Shown: one piece after another, positions 39,187 through 48,418 of the stretch | Layout of the letters: every line of letters begins with the position of its first letter | How positions within the stretch are numbered: position 1 is the first letter of the stretch | Origin: Syntrophomonadaceae bacterium | GTDB taxonomy: Bacteria > Bacillota > Dethiobacteria > DTU022 | Assembly (NCBI GenBank): GCA_003554395.1 | Contig: PWGD01000148.1 | Span: 5,958-69,957 of the forward strand | Direction: 5' to 3' | DNA: 64,000 nt | Translations under genes and position numbers: made by a program | The notes under the pieces: model-generated | Database searches by the model: none | Seen by the model: the letters and a program-made list of their open reading frames with translations, nothing else | What the model was told of the DNA's origin: nothing

Positions 39187-39927
39187 ATGGAAATCTTAGA
39201 ATTTTTAGAACCTCTATATGATTCCATAGAAAGTATGATTTCCAGGTACGGTTCCCTGGGTATTGGAGCAGCCATGTTTGCCGAAAGTGCCGGGGTGCCT
39301 TTTGCTTCATCGATTGTTTTTTTAACTGCTGGAACCATGATTTTAAGAGGCACCTGTTCCTTTTGGTCCATATTTATCTATTCTACCTTTGGCATCACCC
39401 TGGGCAGCATTTTTAGTTATACAGTCGGCCTGCTTGGCAGTATGCTCGGAAATGCCGTAAATGCAAAGTTCGATATAACCAGCCATTTTTTTAAAAAGCG
39501 CAGATCAAAGCCCAAAGCCTTTTTGGGCCAATCAAAAATTTTGAGTTTATGGGATAAATACGGCAATTTTTCAATATTTATGGGACAATTGTGGGGGGTC
39601 AGCCGAACCTTCATTTCTTTTCCCGCCGGGGCTATGCATATGAATTTTTTACTGTTTATCATTTACACTTTCCTCGGAGGGGCATTGTTTAGTTTATTGA
39701 CCATCGGGGCCAGCCTTATTTTAACCGGAACAATGAGTTTTGTGATCAGGACCCTAAAAACCATGGTTGATTTTTCACCCTGGTTGCTGCTGATCCCGGC
39801 AGTGCTGATTACGATTTTTATTTACTATTACCGCCACCGGGGTTGGAAAATGGATTTTTCATTTTTAAACAACTACTGGAATAGGATTAAAAAAGCATCC
39901 AAGCTAAATAACAAGAAAAACTCTTAA
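39187..39927 (+). CDS. DedA/SNARE-associated (TVP38)-family integral membrane protein
   Basis: It is a multi-pass hydrophobic protein of ~246 aa with the DedA-like re-entrant segment (…GVPFASSIVFLTAG…). Confidence 0.5.
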   Translation: MEILEFLEPLYDSIESMISRYGSLGIGAAMFAESAGVPFASSIVFLTAGTMILRGTCSFWSIFIYSTFGITLGSIFSYTVGLLGSMLGNAVNAKFDITSHFFKKRRSKPKAFLGQSKILSLWDKYGNFSIFMGQLWGVSRTFISFPAGAMHMNFLLFIIYTFLGGALFSLLTIGASLILTGTMSFVIRTLKTMVDFSPWLLLIPAVLITIFIYYYRHRGWKMDFSFLNNYWNRIKKASKLNNKKNS

Positions 39928-39985
39928 AATGCGGCCGATTTGACCTAACAAGCCGGAGAGTATAAAATTAAAAGGGGTATAATTA

Positions 39986-40219
39986 ATGACCAAAGCAAAA
40001 TTCAAGTTGAAAGTTTACAGCGAGCGATGCAAAGACTGCGGAATTTGCTTCGAATTCTGTCCCAAGAATAATTTAAAACCCGGCGAAGATGGTACACCGG
40101 AAATGATTGATTACGAAGCTTGCACCGGGTGTAAACTCTGTGAATATCTTTGCCCTGATTTCGCTATCCAGGTCTGGAAAGATGAAGAAGAAGAGCGTAA
40201 GGAAAAAACCAGTGAGTGA
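39986..40219 (+). CDS. 2x[4Fe-4S] ferredoxin
   Basis: There are two CxxCxxCxxxCP motifs (CKDCGICFEFCP and CTGCKLCEYLCP). A GGGG-containing ribosome-binding site lies before the ATG. Confidence 0.8.
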   Translation: MTKAKFKLKVYSERCKDCGICFEFCPKNNLKPGEDGTPEMIDYEACTGCKLCEYLCPDFAIQVWKDEEEERKEKTSE

Positions 40220-41006
40220 ATATACCTGGTATGAATATGAAATAAAGAACAGGGAAGGCCTGGCCCTGTCAGCCATACTCTGTAATAGCAGAAATAAAAG
40301 AGCGACCACTAGTGATGCCAAGGAAGAAAAAACGGTAATCGTTGCCTGCCACGGCTTCACCGGTTCAAAAGAAGGCAGCGGACGGGCGATAGCCATGGCA
40401 GAAAAACTGGCCGGTTCCGGTTTCAGCACTCTTTTATTCGACTTTGCGGGCTGCGGAAAAAGTGAAGGACAATGGGAAAATATCTCTCTTTCCGGACAGA
40501 TCAGCGATCTCAGTTCTATCGTCGCTTGGAGCCGAAGCAAAGATTTTGACAGGGTTATTTTAAACGGAAGAAGTTTTGGAGGCACTACAGCTTTATGTTA
40601 TGCCGCGCAGGACAAAGGTGTATATGCAGTATGCACCTGGGCGGCTGTAGCCAGGCTAAATCGCCTTTTCGAAGAAAGAACTGTTGATAGTAACCCCTTT
40701 GAAGGCGAACCTGATCAATTAGTTTCCCTGGAAGGTGAAGAAGGAACCATTTTCCTGAAACGCAGTTTCTTTTACGATCTACGCAAACACGATCCTCCTG
40801 CAGCCGCTGCCGGCCTGGCTCCGCGCAATCTTCTCTTAATTCACGGTTCGGCCGATCACTCGGTCCCGCTTAGAGACGCCGAACTGCTTTATGAAATGGC
40901 TAAAGAACCCAAAAAGCTGGTTGTTATCGAGGATGCCGATCACCGCTTTTCAGAACACCTGGAGCAAGTTTGGGAAGCTTTTTTAAAATGGCTAAAGGAG
41001 ATCTAA
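40212..41006 (+). CDS. Alpha/beta-hydrolase-fold protein (dienelactone-hydrolase/BAAT-like serine hydrolase)
   Basis: It has an HGFTGSKEG oxyanion region and a nucleophile-elbow-like GRSFGG, plus C-terminal Asp/His (…HGSADHSVP…). The likely start is GTG 40212, overlapping the ferredoxin stop. The ORF track extends 5' to 40107 inside the ferredoxin gene. Confidence 0.65.
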   Translation: MSEYTWYEYEIKNREGLALSAILCNSRNKRATTSDAKEEKTVIVACHGFTGSKEGSGRAIAMAEKLAGSGFSTLLFDFAGCGKSEGQWENISLSGQISDLSSIVAWSRSKDFDRVILNGRSFGGTTALCYAAQDKGVYAVCTWAAVARLNRLFEERTVDSNPFEGEPDQLVSLEGEEGTIFLKRSFFYDLRKHDPPAAAAGLAPRNLLLIHGSADHSVPLRDAELLYEMAKEPKKLVVIEDADHRFSEHLEQVWEAFLKWLKEI

Positions 41007-41195
41007 CCAAAGCACAAAGGGGACAGGTTTCCTATCCCAATTTCTATTTAAACACCCTTGATACTTCAACTGACCCTGTGATGATTGACAAACTTAAACA
41101 TATTTTTTTCGGCCATAGTTTGCCTTAAAACATGAAACCTTCAGCCTCTATATAAAGTTTTGCTTTGTTTACACCTCTTTAAACAGGTGTTTTTT

Positions 41196-41204
41196 TGATA
41201 TAAT
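41196..41204 (+). promoter_or_regulatory. Extended -10 promoter element (TGATATAAT) for the miaB operon
   Basis: The TGnTATAAT match is perfect, with a weak -35. It places the transcription start near 41211, so the first GTG (41208) in the ORF track cannot be the start codon. Confidence 0.5.
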
Positions 41205-41228
41205 GGGGTGCAAGGGAGGAATAGAGCG

Positions 41229-42605
41229 GTGCAGTTTCAGCATACCGAAACCTTAAACCAACCTCTTCGTTTCGGAGAAGGCAAACAATACTGGATCAAT
41301 ACTTTTGGCTGCCAGATGAACGAGCATGATTCTGAAGTAATGGCCGCCTTAATTGAAAACCTGGGCTATCGTCCAGCTTCCGGACCCGAAGAAGCAGATT
41401 TGTTGATTATAAACACCTGCGCTGTACGCAAAAAGCCCGAAGACAAGGTTTCCTCGATGCTGGGGAAATTAACGGTTCTTAAAGAGGGAAAAAATGATTT
41501 AATCATAGCCGTGGGCGGCTGTATGACCCAGCAGCAAGACCTGGCCCGGCACATCAAAAATCGTTTTAGCGAGGTAGATCTTATTTTTGGCACTCACGCT
41601 TTGCCGCGACTGCCGGAATTGCTTGAGCGGGCCCACCTCGAAAAAGAAACAGTGGTTGATATCAAAGAAGATTATACCGGCCGGGAAGGGCTTCCGGCCG
41701 CCCGGACCAGCACATTTCAGGCCTGGCTTCCCATCATATACGGCTGTAACAATTTTTGCGCCTACTGCGTAGTGCCTTTCGTGCGCGGCCGTGAACGCAG
41801 CCGACGATTTGAAGCTATAATTTCTGAAGCTGCTGCGCTATCAGATCAAAATTACCGGGAAATCACCCTTTTAGGTCAGAATGTAAATTCTTACGGCCAT
41901 GATTTACCAGGCAAACCTTCTTTTGCTTCCCTGCTTGATGAGCTGGACCGGATTGAAGGTCTGTCCCGAATTCGGTTTATGACTTCACATCCCAAAGATT
42001 TATCTCCGGATTTGATTAAAACAGTGGCCCGGGGTAAAAAAATATGCGAACATTTTCACCTGCCGGCACAATCCGGAAGTGACCGGATTTTAAAAAAAAT
42101 GAATCGACGTTACACCCGCGAACAATACCTGGCATTGGTCCGTGAAATAAAGGCTGCTATCCCTGGAGTTTCTATCACCTCCGATATTATTGTCGGCTTT
42201 CCCGGAGAAACAGAGGAAGACTTCAGCGCCCCCCTGGACCTGCTGAAGCAGGTCCGGTTTGACAGCGCTTTTGCCTTTATATATTCCCCTCGCCAGGGTA
42301 CGAAAGCCGAAAAGTTAACCGATAACACCACCTACCGGGAAAAAGAGCAGAGGCTCCAGGCTTTAAATAAAATTCAGCAGCGGATCAGCCTGGAAGAAAA
42401 CGAGCGTCTGGTCGGCAATTTGCTGGAAGTGATGGTCGAGGGGCCGAGCAAAAACAACCCTGAACTCCAGACAGGGCGAACCCGGACCAACAAGCTGGTT
42501 CATTTTACCGGTCCGGCAAGCCTGACCGGTACAATAATTCCAATCTGCATAACAGAAGCGAGAACCTGGAACCTGTTTGGAGAAATGGAAGGAGAACCTC
42601 GTTGA
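41229..42605 (+). CDS. miaB: tRNA-i6A37 methylthiotransferase (radical SAM methylthiotransferase)
   Basis: The methylthiotransferase N-terminal Cys triad region is NTFGCQMNEHDSE…CAVRKKPEDK…GGCMTQ. The radical-SAM motif is CNNFCAYCVVP. A TRAM domain sits at the C-terminus. GGGAGG lies 9 nt before GTG 41229. Confidence 0.85.
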   Translation: MQFQHTETLNQPLRFGEGKQYWINTFGCQMNEHDSEVMAALIENLGYRPASGPEEADLLIINTCAVRKKPEDKVSSMLGKLTVLKEGKNDLIIAVGGCMTQQQDLARHIKNRFSEVDLIFGTHALPRLPELLERAHLEKETVVDIKEDYTGREGLPAARTSTFQAWLPIIYGCNNFCAYCVVPFVRGRERSRRFEAIISEAAALSDQNYREITLLGQNVNSYGHDLPGKPSFASLLDELDRIEGLSRIRFMTSHPKDLSPDLIKTVARGKKICEHFHLPAQSGSDRILKKMNRRYTREQYLALVREIKAAIPGVSITSDIIVGFPGETEEDFSAPLDLLKQVRFDSAFAFIYSPRQGTKAEKLTDNTTYREKEQRLQALNKIQQRISLEENERLVGNLLEVMVEGPSKNNPELQTGRTRTNKLVHFTGPASLTGTIIPICITEARTWNLFGEMEGEPR

Positions 42606-45235
42606 ACAGAACCAGCCCGATGATGAAACAGTACAAGGCTATAAAAGAGCAGCATCCCGATAAACTGCTTATGTTCCAGGTGGGTGATTTTTATGAACTT
42701 TTTTTTGAAGATGCCCGTTTGGCGGCCAGGGAAATGGAAATCGCCCTTACCTCCAGGGACGCTGGCAGTGAAGACCCAATCCCCCTGGCCGGTGTACCGA
42801 TTCACTCAGCTGAAACTTACCTGAACAGACTGCTGGGCAAGGGTTATAAAGTGGTCCTGTGTGAACAGGTTGAAGATGCGTCTCAGGCCAAGGGCCTGGT
42901 CAGACGAGAGATAACCAGGATTCTAACCCCCGGCACCATCACAGACCCGGAAATGCTCGAGGAAAACCGCAACAATTACCTTGTCACTTTGATTAACCGG
43001 GAAGACGATTATTACGGCCTGGCCGCGGTAGATGTTTCAACCGGTGACTTCCAGGTCACAGAACAAAAAGGTGAAGGGGCCCGGGAAAATACAGCCGATG
43101 AACTATACCGGCTTCAACCATCAGAGCTGCTTTGCGACTCACCGCAAACCGAACAACTTTGCCGCGAGCAGTTCACCCTTAACAACGGCCGCCTTATTGA
43201 ACAACTTTCTCATATTCCGGACCCGGAAGAAGCAAAAAAGGTGATCGGTGAACAGTGGGATGAAAAAACCTGGGATTCTCTGAACCTCGATAACTATCCA
43301 CTGGCAGCTTCTGCCGGAGCGGCCGCCCTGATTTATCTTAAACTATTACAGCAGCTGCCTGATGGCAAGAAGCATTTCCGCCAGCTAAACCTTTATTTTA
43401 CCGATCGCAATATGATTATAGACAATGTAACCAGTCGCAACCTGGAATTAACTCAGTCCCTTCGGGAAGGCGGCAAACAGGGTAGTTTACTGGCTCTTCT
43501 CGACCGCTGTATGACAGCCATGGGCAGGCGCCTTATAAGGCGCTGGGTCGAACTGCCTTTGATCAAAAGGAAAGAGATAGAGAAGAGGCTTGATGCCGTT
43601 GAAGAATTTATCAATAAACCACTGGTTAGAAAAGATCTGCGCAAGCTGCTGCAAAATATTTTTGACCTGGAAAGGTTTTGCAGCCGCCTTTCTTACCAGC
43701 GGGTCACTGCCCGGGACCTGGTTTCTCTAAAAATGACGCTGGACCAGGTTGAAATTTTGAAAAAAAAGGGCGGCGAGCTGGAAGCCCCCCTGGTTAAAAC
43801 AATGACTGGAAATATCCCAGATTTTAAAAACTTAAATTCTTTGATTAGCAATGCCCTGGTTGATGATCCACCCTTATCCCTTAAAGAAGGAGGCCTCTTT
43901 AAAAGCGGCTACAACGACGAAGTGGATAATTTACGAATTATCTCCCGGGAAAGCAACACCCTGCTCCTTGATTTTGAGAAAAAGGAGCGGGAACGAACCG
44001 GAATAAAATCCCTCCGGATAGGTTACAATCGTAATTTCGGTTATTATATCGAAATATCCAAAACCAATCTCGGTCTTGTTCCCCCTGAGTATCACCGCAA
44101 ACAAACTTTGGTTAATGCGGAACGCTTCACAACCGAAGAACTCCAGTGGATGGAAGAGCAAATAATCGGAGCTCGCGAAAAATTGAGCCACCTTGAATAT
44201 AACCTCTTTGAAAAACTGCGCAGCAAGGTGGGCAGTTTTTCAGATCATTTACTTTCCGCTTCCCAGAATCTGGCCGGGCTGGATAGCATCCAGGGCCTGG
44301 CCGAAGCGGCGGAGAGGCATGGTTACTGCCGGCCCCTCTTTTCAAACAGCAAGAAAATGACTGTTAAACAGGCCCGTCACCCGGTGGTTGAACAAACAGT
44401 ACTGGAGAGTTTTGTACCCAATGATATCCATCTGGACAAAAAACATCATCTCCTGGTGATTACAGGTCCCAACATGGCAGGGAAAAGCACCTACATCCGC
44501 AGCGCTGCTTTAATCTGTATCATGGCCCAGATGGGCAGTTTTGTCCCGGCAAAGGAAGCGGAACTCTCCATTCTGGACCGTATTTTTGCCCGGGTTGGCG
44601 CCAGCGATGATCTTAGCCGCGGGCAAAGCACTTTCATGGTCGAGATGCAGGAAACAGCCGCTATTTTAAAAGAGGCAACTCCCAACAGCCTCCTTATCCT
44701 TGATGAAATCGGTCGCGGAACCAGCACGTACGATGGAATGAGTATTGCACGCAGTGTGCTGGAATATGTATGCCAAACCATTAAAGCCAAAACCCTCTTT
44801 TCAACCCATTACCACGAACTTACCAACCTGGAGGGTGAGCTTCCCGGGGTTAAGAATTATACTATTGCCGTCAAAGAAAAAGGCAAAGAAGTCATTTTCT
44901 TGAGACAGCTGGTGCCCGGTAAAGCAGACAAAAGTTACGGCATTAATGTGGCCCGCCTGGCCGGGGTACCCCTGGAAGTTCTGATCAGGGCTGAAAAAAT
45001 CCTCTTCGAACTGGAAACCGCGGCCTCAACAGCAGGAGACCAACAGTTAAGTTTACTGCCGATGGTTTCCGAGCCGGTTTCAGAGTACAGCCGGGAAATG
45101 GAAGTAGTCGAACAGCTTAAAGATCTTGATTTAAACCGGATTACACCGTTAGAGGCGATCCAGAAACTCTACGAAATGCAAAAACAGCTTTTTGCATACG
45201 AGCAGGAGAATCCCGGAAAGGAGCCTGGTTCATAA
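42602..45235 (+). CDS. mutS: DNA mismatch repair protein MutS
   Basis: The N-terminus is TPMMKQYKAIKEQHPDKLLMFQVGDFYELFFEDA. The Walker A motif is GPNMAGKSTY and the Walker B motif is DEIGRGTSTYDG. Size is 877 aa. Confidence 0.95.
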   Translation: MNRTSPMMKQYKAIKEQHPDKLLMFQVGDFYELFFEDARLAAREMEIALTSRDAGSEDPIPLAGVPIHSAETYLNRLLGKGYKVVLCEQVEDASQAKGLVRREITRILTPGTITDPEMLEENRNNYLVTLINREDDYYGLAAVDVSTGDFQVTEQKGEGARENTADELYRLQPSELLCDSPQTEQLCREQFTLNNGRLIEQLSHIPDPEEAKKVIGEQWDEKTWDSLNLDNYPLAASAGAAALIYLKLLQQLPDGKKHFRQLNLYFTDRNMIIDNVTSRNLELTQSLREGGKQGSLLALLDRCMTAMGRRLIRRWVELPLIKRKEIEKRLDAVEEFINKPLVRKDLRKLLQNIFDLERFCSRLSYQRVTARDLVSLKMTLDQVEILKKKGGELEAPLVKTMTGNIPDFKNLNSLISNALVDDPPLSLKEGGLFKSGYNDEVDNLRIISRESNTLLLDFEKKERERTGIKSLRIGYNRNFGYYIEISKTNLGLVPPEYHRKQTLVNAERFTTEELQWMEEQIIGAREKLSHLEYNLFEKLRSKVGSFSDHLLSASQNLAGLDSIQGLAEAAERHGYCRPLFSNSKKMTVKQARHPVVEQTVLESFVPNDIHLDKKHHLLVITGPNMAGKSTYIRSAALICIMAQMGSFVPAKEAELSILDRIFARVGASDDLSRGQSTFMVEMQETAAILKEATPNSLLILDEIGRGTSTYDGMSIARSVLEYVCQTIKAKTLFSTHYHELTNLEGELPGVKNYTIAVKEKGKEVIFLRQLVPGKADKSYGINVARLAGVPLEVLIRAEKILFELETAASTAGDQQLSLLPMVSEPVSEYSREMEVVEQLKDLDLNRITPLEAIQKLYEMQKQLFAYEQENPGKEPGS

Positions 45236-47040
45236 TGAGCATAAAGGTTCTTGATAAAAATACCGCCGAACAGATTGCCGCCGGTGAAGTAATTGAAAAC
45301 CCCGCTTCTGTGGTCAAAGAGTTGGTGGAAAATGCCCTGGATGCGGGGGCGACCAAAGTAGATATAGTTCTTGAAAACGGGGGCAAAAGCCTGATTAGCA
45401 TAACTGACAACGGCCGGGGTATCTTTAAAAATGAACTTCCCATGGCTTTCAAAAGATTTGCCACCAGCAAAATCACCCTCCTGGAAGACCTGGATAACCT
45501 GGCCAGCCTCGGTTTCCGGGGCGAGGCTTTGCCCAGCATTGCCGCAGTAGCCCGGGTTAATTTAACTTCCCGCGCCGGCGATTCCCTTTCCGGGGCCAGG
45601 ATTACAATTAACGGCGGTGAAATAATAGAGCAGGAAGAGGTTGGATCTGCACCGGGTACGCGGGTGGAAGTCAGAAAGCTGTTTTACAACCCTCCGGGTC
45701 GGCTTAAATTTCTGCGGGCTGCCAGTGTTGAAACAACCAGGATCAGCACCCTGGTATCGGAAATGGCCCTGACCTATCCGGGTGTGGCCTTTAACCTGAA
45801 AAGCGAAGGGAGGATCTTATTAAATTCTTCTGGAGGCGGAGTGCTGCTCCATGTGATTGGCGCTTTATACGGCAGTGAAACAGCTGAAGCAATGGTCGAA
45901 CTTAATCGAAAAGATATTAATGCCGGATATAATATAAGCGGATTTATATCTGCGCCTCATTTGACTAAATCGTCCCGACGTTGGATTACCCTGGTAGTTA
46001 ACAGGCGCCTGGTTAAAGACCCGGTAATCATTAACGCCCTGGAACGGGGTTACGAGGGCCTGCTGCCCCGCCAACGCCATCCCCTGGCCGTCTTAAACCT
46101 TACTGTTCCGCCCGATGCCATTGATGTTAACGTTCATCCGGCTAAAATTGAAATACGCTTCTTAAAACCTGAAATAGTAAAGGGGCTTACATTTAAATCA
46201 GTTAAGACAGCTTTGCAAAGCATACAAAAACACCCTGATTGGCCGGATACTAAAGCTATTTCTGATTACAGACCTCAACAAAGAACAGGCAATCAGGAAA
46301 AGTGGAAACCAGGGCGTCTTTTCGAATCCCCGGGCAGCCTGGATTACAGGCCAACCCGTACGGATCAGGACCGGATCCCCGGACTAATTCCGGCGCGGCA
46401 AATTAGGCCTCAAGAAACTGTTAGAGAAGCAGAAGAGAATACCGAGTCCACTGCAGAACTGCGCTTAATAGGCCAGTTCATGCATAGCTACCTGGTGGCG
46501 CAAAAAGGTAACCAGCTTTTGCTGATTGATCAACACGCCGCCCATGAGAGAATTAATTATCACCGCCTCAAGAACCAGGATCATCGCCTGACTGACAAAA
46601 ATAAAGCCCAGCTAACCATTCCCATGATCTTAGAACTACCCCCGGCATGGTGCGAAAGGCTTCCAATTTTAATGCCACTTTTGGAGCAGGCGGGTTTTAT
46701 GCTGGAGCCGATTGGGGAAAAGAAATACCAACTCAGGGCCGTGCCTTTCGCTTTCCGGGAAAATATAAATAAAGCAGAGATCTATGACCTGCTTGAAAAC
46801 CTGATCAATGCAGATAATGAGCCGGACCAGGATCCACGGGAATCGATTTTAATAACCATTGCCTGTCATAAATCTATTAAAGCCAAACAGGCGCTGACCA
46901 GGCCAGAAATGGAGCAGCTGTTGAAAGAGTGGGAAAGCATTCCCCAGGCCGGTTATTGTCCCCACGGCAGGCCTACGGTAATCAGCTTTGACCGCAGCGA
47001 TTTAGACAAAAGCTTTCACCGCCCTGGAGGAGGTGATTGA
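45235..47040 (+). CDS. mutL: DNA mismatch repair protein MutL
   Basis: The GHKL ATPase N-terminus is IAAGEVIENPASVVKELVENALDAGAT…DNGRGI. It is coupled to mutS with a 1-nt overlap. Confidence 0.95.
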   Translation: MSIKVLDKNTAEQIAAGEVIENPASVVKELVENALDAGATKVDIVLENGGKSLISITDNGRGIFKNELPMAFKRFATSKITLLEDLDNLASLGFRGEALPSIAAVARVNLTSRAGDSLSGARITINGGEIIEQEEVGSAPGTRVEVRKLFYNPPGRLKFLRAASVETTRISTLVSEMALTYPGVAFNLKSEGRILLNSSGGGVLLHVIGALYGSETAEAMVELNRKDINAGYNISGFISAPHLTKSSRRWITLVVNRRLVKDPVIINALERGYEGLLPRQRHPLAVLNLTVPPDAIDVNVHPAKIEIRFLKPEIVKGLTFKSVKTALQSIQKHPDWPDTKAISDYRPQQRTGNQEKWKPGRLFESPGSLDYRPTRTDQDRIPGLIPARQIRPQETVREAEENTESTAELRLIGQFMHSYLVAQKGNQLLLIDQHAAHERINYHRLKNQDHRLTDKNKAQLTIPMILELPPAWCERLPILMPLLEQAGFMLEPIGEKKYQLRAVPFAFRENINKAEIYDLLENLINADNEPDQDPRESILITIACHKSIKAKQALTRPEMEQLLKEWESIPQAGYCPHGRPTVISFDRSDLDKSFHRPGGGD

Positions 47041-48039
47041 TTGATGCCGCATGATGATACCGGCGGGCTTGATAACAAAGAAAACAAAATTCCCCTCCTG
47101 GCCCTTGTCGGACCCACCGCCGTCGGTAAAACTGCCCTGGCAGTGAGGGTGGCCCAAAAGTTAAAGACCGATATCATCAATGCCGATTCGGCTCAGGTGT
47201 ATCGGTTTCTGGAGATCGGGACAGCCAAACCGTCTGAAGAAGAAAAGAAAGCAGTCTGCCACCACCTCATTGACCTGGTCAAGCCCCACCAGAAATTCAG
47301 CGTTGCTGATTATCAAAAAAAAGCCAACAAAATCATCGAAGAGCTCTGGATAAATAATAAGCTGCCTTTTTTGGCAGGTGGAACCGGCCTCTATGTCGAT
47401 GCCGTAATCAAAGGCTACGCTTTTGGTCAGAAAGGGGGCAGCTCCAGCCTGCGCCGTTATTATGAGCAAATTGCCGCAGCAGAAGGTCTGGAAAAGCTTT
47501 ATATAAAGTTAAAAAGAGCTGATCCCGAAGCTGCTTCAAATATACATCCTAACGATCAGCGGCGTATTATCAGGGCCCTGGAAGTATATGATCTGGAAGG
47601 CAAACCAATATCAGAGCAGGTTAAAAAGACAGCAGGGCAAAGCTCGCCATACGAAACAATGATCTTCGGACTGTACATGGAGCGTGACCAGCTCTACGAA
47701 AGAATTGAAAGAAGAGTCGATCAAATGCTTGAAGCAGGTTGGCTCGAGGAAATACGTCAGCTGCATGAACAGGGTTACCGGGATACCGATCCCGGAATGC
47801 AGATTCTCGGCTACCGTCAATTGTATGCTTATCTACAGGGCTCTGCTGTGTGGGAGGAAACCGTGGAAGAGATAAAAAAACAAACCCGTAATCTGGCCAA
47901 ACGCCAGTTGACCTGGTTTCGCCGTAACAGGGCAATAAAATGGAAAAAAATTACTGATCAATCCTCATTCGAAAAATTGAGCGAAAATATTTGTTTTATA
48001 GTGAAGGATTTGGACCGGAGGCGGGCGAATAGTTACTGA
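47041..48039 (+). CDS. miaA: tRNA dimethylallyltransferase
   Basis: It has the P-loop GPTAVGKTA and the MiaA motifs (…INADSAQVYR…, …GGTGLY…). Confidence 0.9.
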   Translation: MMPHDDTGGLDNKENKIPLLALVGPTAVGKTALAVRVAQKLKTDIINADSAQVYRFLEIGTAKPSEEEKKAVCHHLIDLVKPHQKFSVADYQKKANKIIEELWINNKLPFLAGGTGLYVDAVIKGYAFGQKGGSSSLRRYYEQIAAAEGLEKLYIKLKRADPEAASNIHPNDQRRIIRALEVYDLEGKPISEQVKKTAGQSSPYETMIFGLYMERDQLYERIERRVDQMLEAGWLEEIRQLHEQGYRDTDPGMQILGYRQLYAYLQGSAVWEETVEEIKKQTRNLAKRQLTWFRRNRAIKWKKITDQSSFEKLSENICFIVKDLDRRRANSY

Positions 48040-48084
48040 AGAGAAATCCGCTGGATAGAAATAGAAAAGAAGGGAGCCCGACCT

Positions 48085-48354
48085 ATGAAAGGCGCAATCA
48101 ATTTGCAGGATACTTTTCTAAACCAAATCCGTAAAGAGAATATGTTGAGCACTGTCTTCTTGATCAACGGCTATCAGATTAAGGGGGTTGTTCGCAGTTT
48201 TGACAGCTTCACACTTCTTCTGGAAGTTGATGGGAAACAACAGCTGGTTTATAAACATGCTGTTTCAACCATTATCCCCATACGGAACATAAACCTGAGG
48301 CAGGGAGAAGAGGGAGAAGAAAAGGTTGCAGAAGAAAAGACTGTTTCCAGTTAA
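48085..48354 (+). CDS. hfq: RNA chaperone Hfq
   Basis: The Sm1/Sm2 motifs are …[35 protein letters not shown]…YKHAVSTI… It is 89 aa. The miaA-hfq-hflX order is as in many bacteria. Confidence 0.9.
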   Translation: MKGAINLQDTFLNQIRKENMLSTVFLINGYQIKGVVRSFDSFTLLLEVDGKQQLVYKHAVSTIIPIRNINLRQGEEGEEKVAEEKTVSS

Positions 48355-48392
48355 TGATCTCTTCTAATGATCTCCTCTTATATTAAGATTAG

Positions 48393-48418
48393 TAAAGACA
48401 CTTTTCATAAGTGTCTTT
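48393..48418 (+). terminator. Perfect 10-bp hairpin after hfq (AAAGACACTT-ttcat-AAGTGTCTTT). It is a partial terminator or attenuator.
   Basis: The inverted repeat is followed by a TTTCT tract. It overlaps the GTG (48411) that the ORF track uses as the hflX start. Confidence 0.45.
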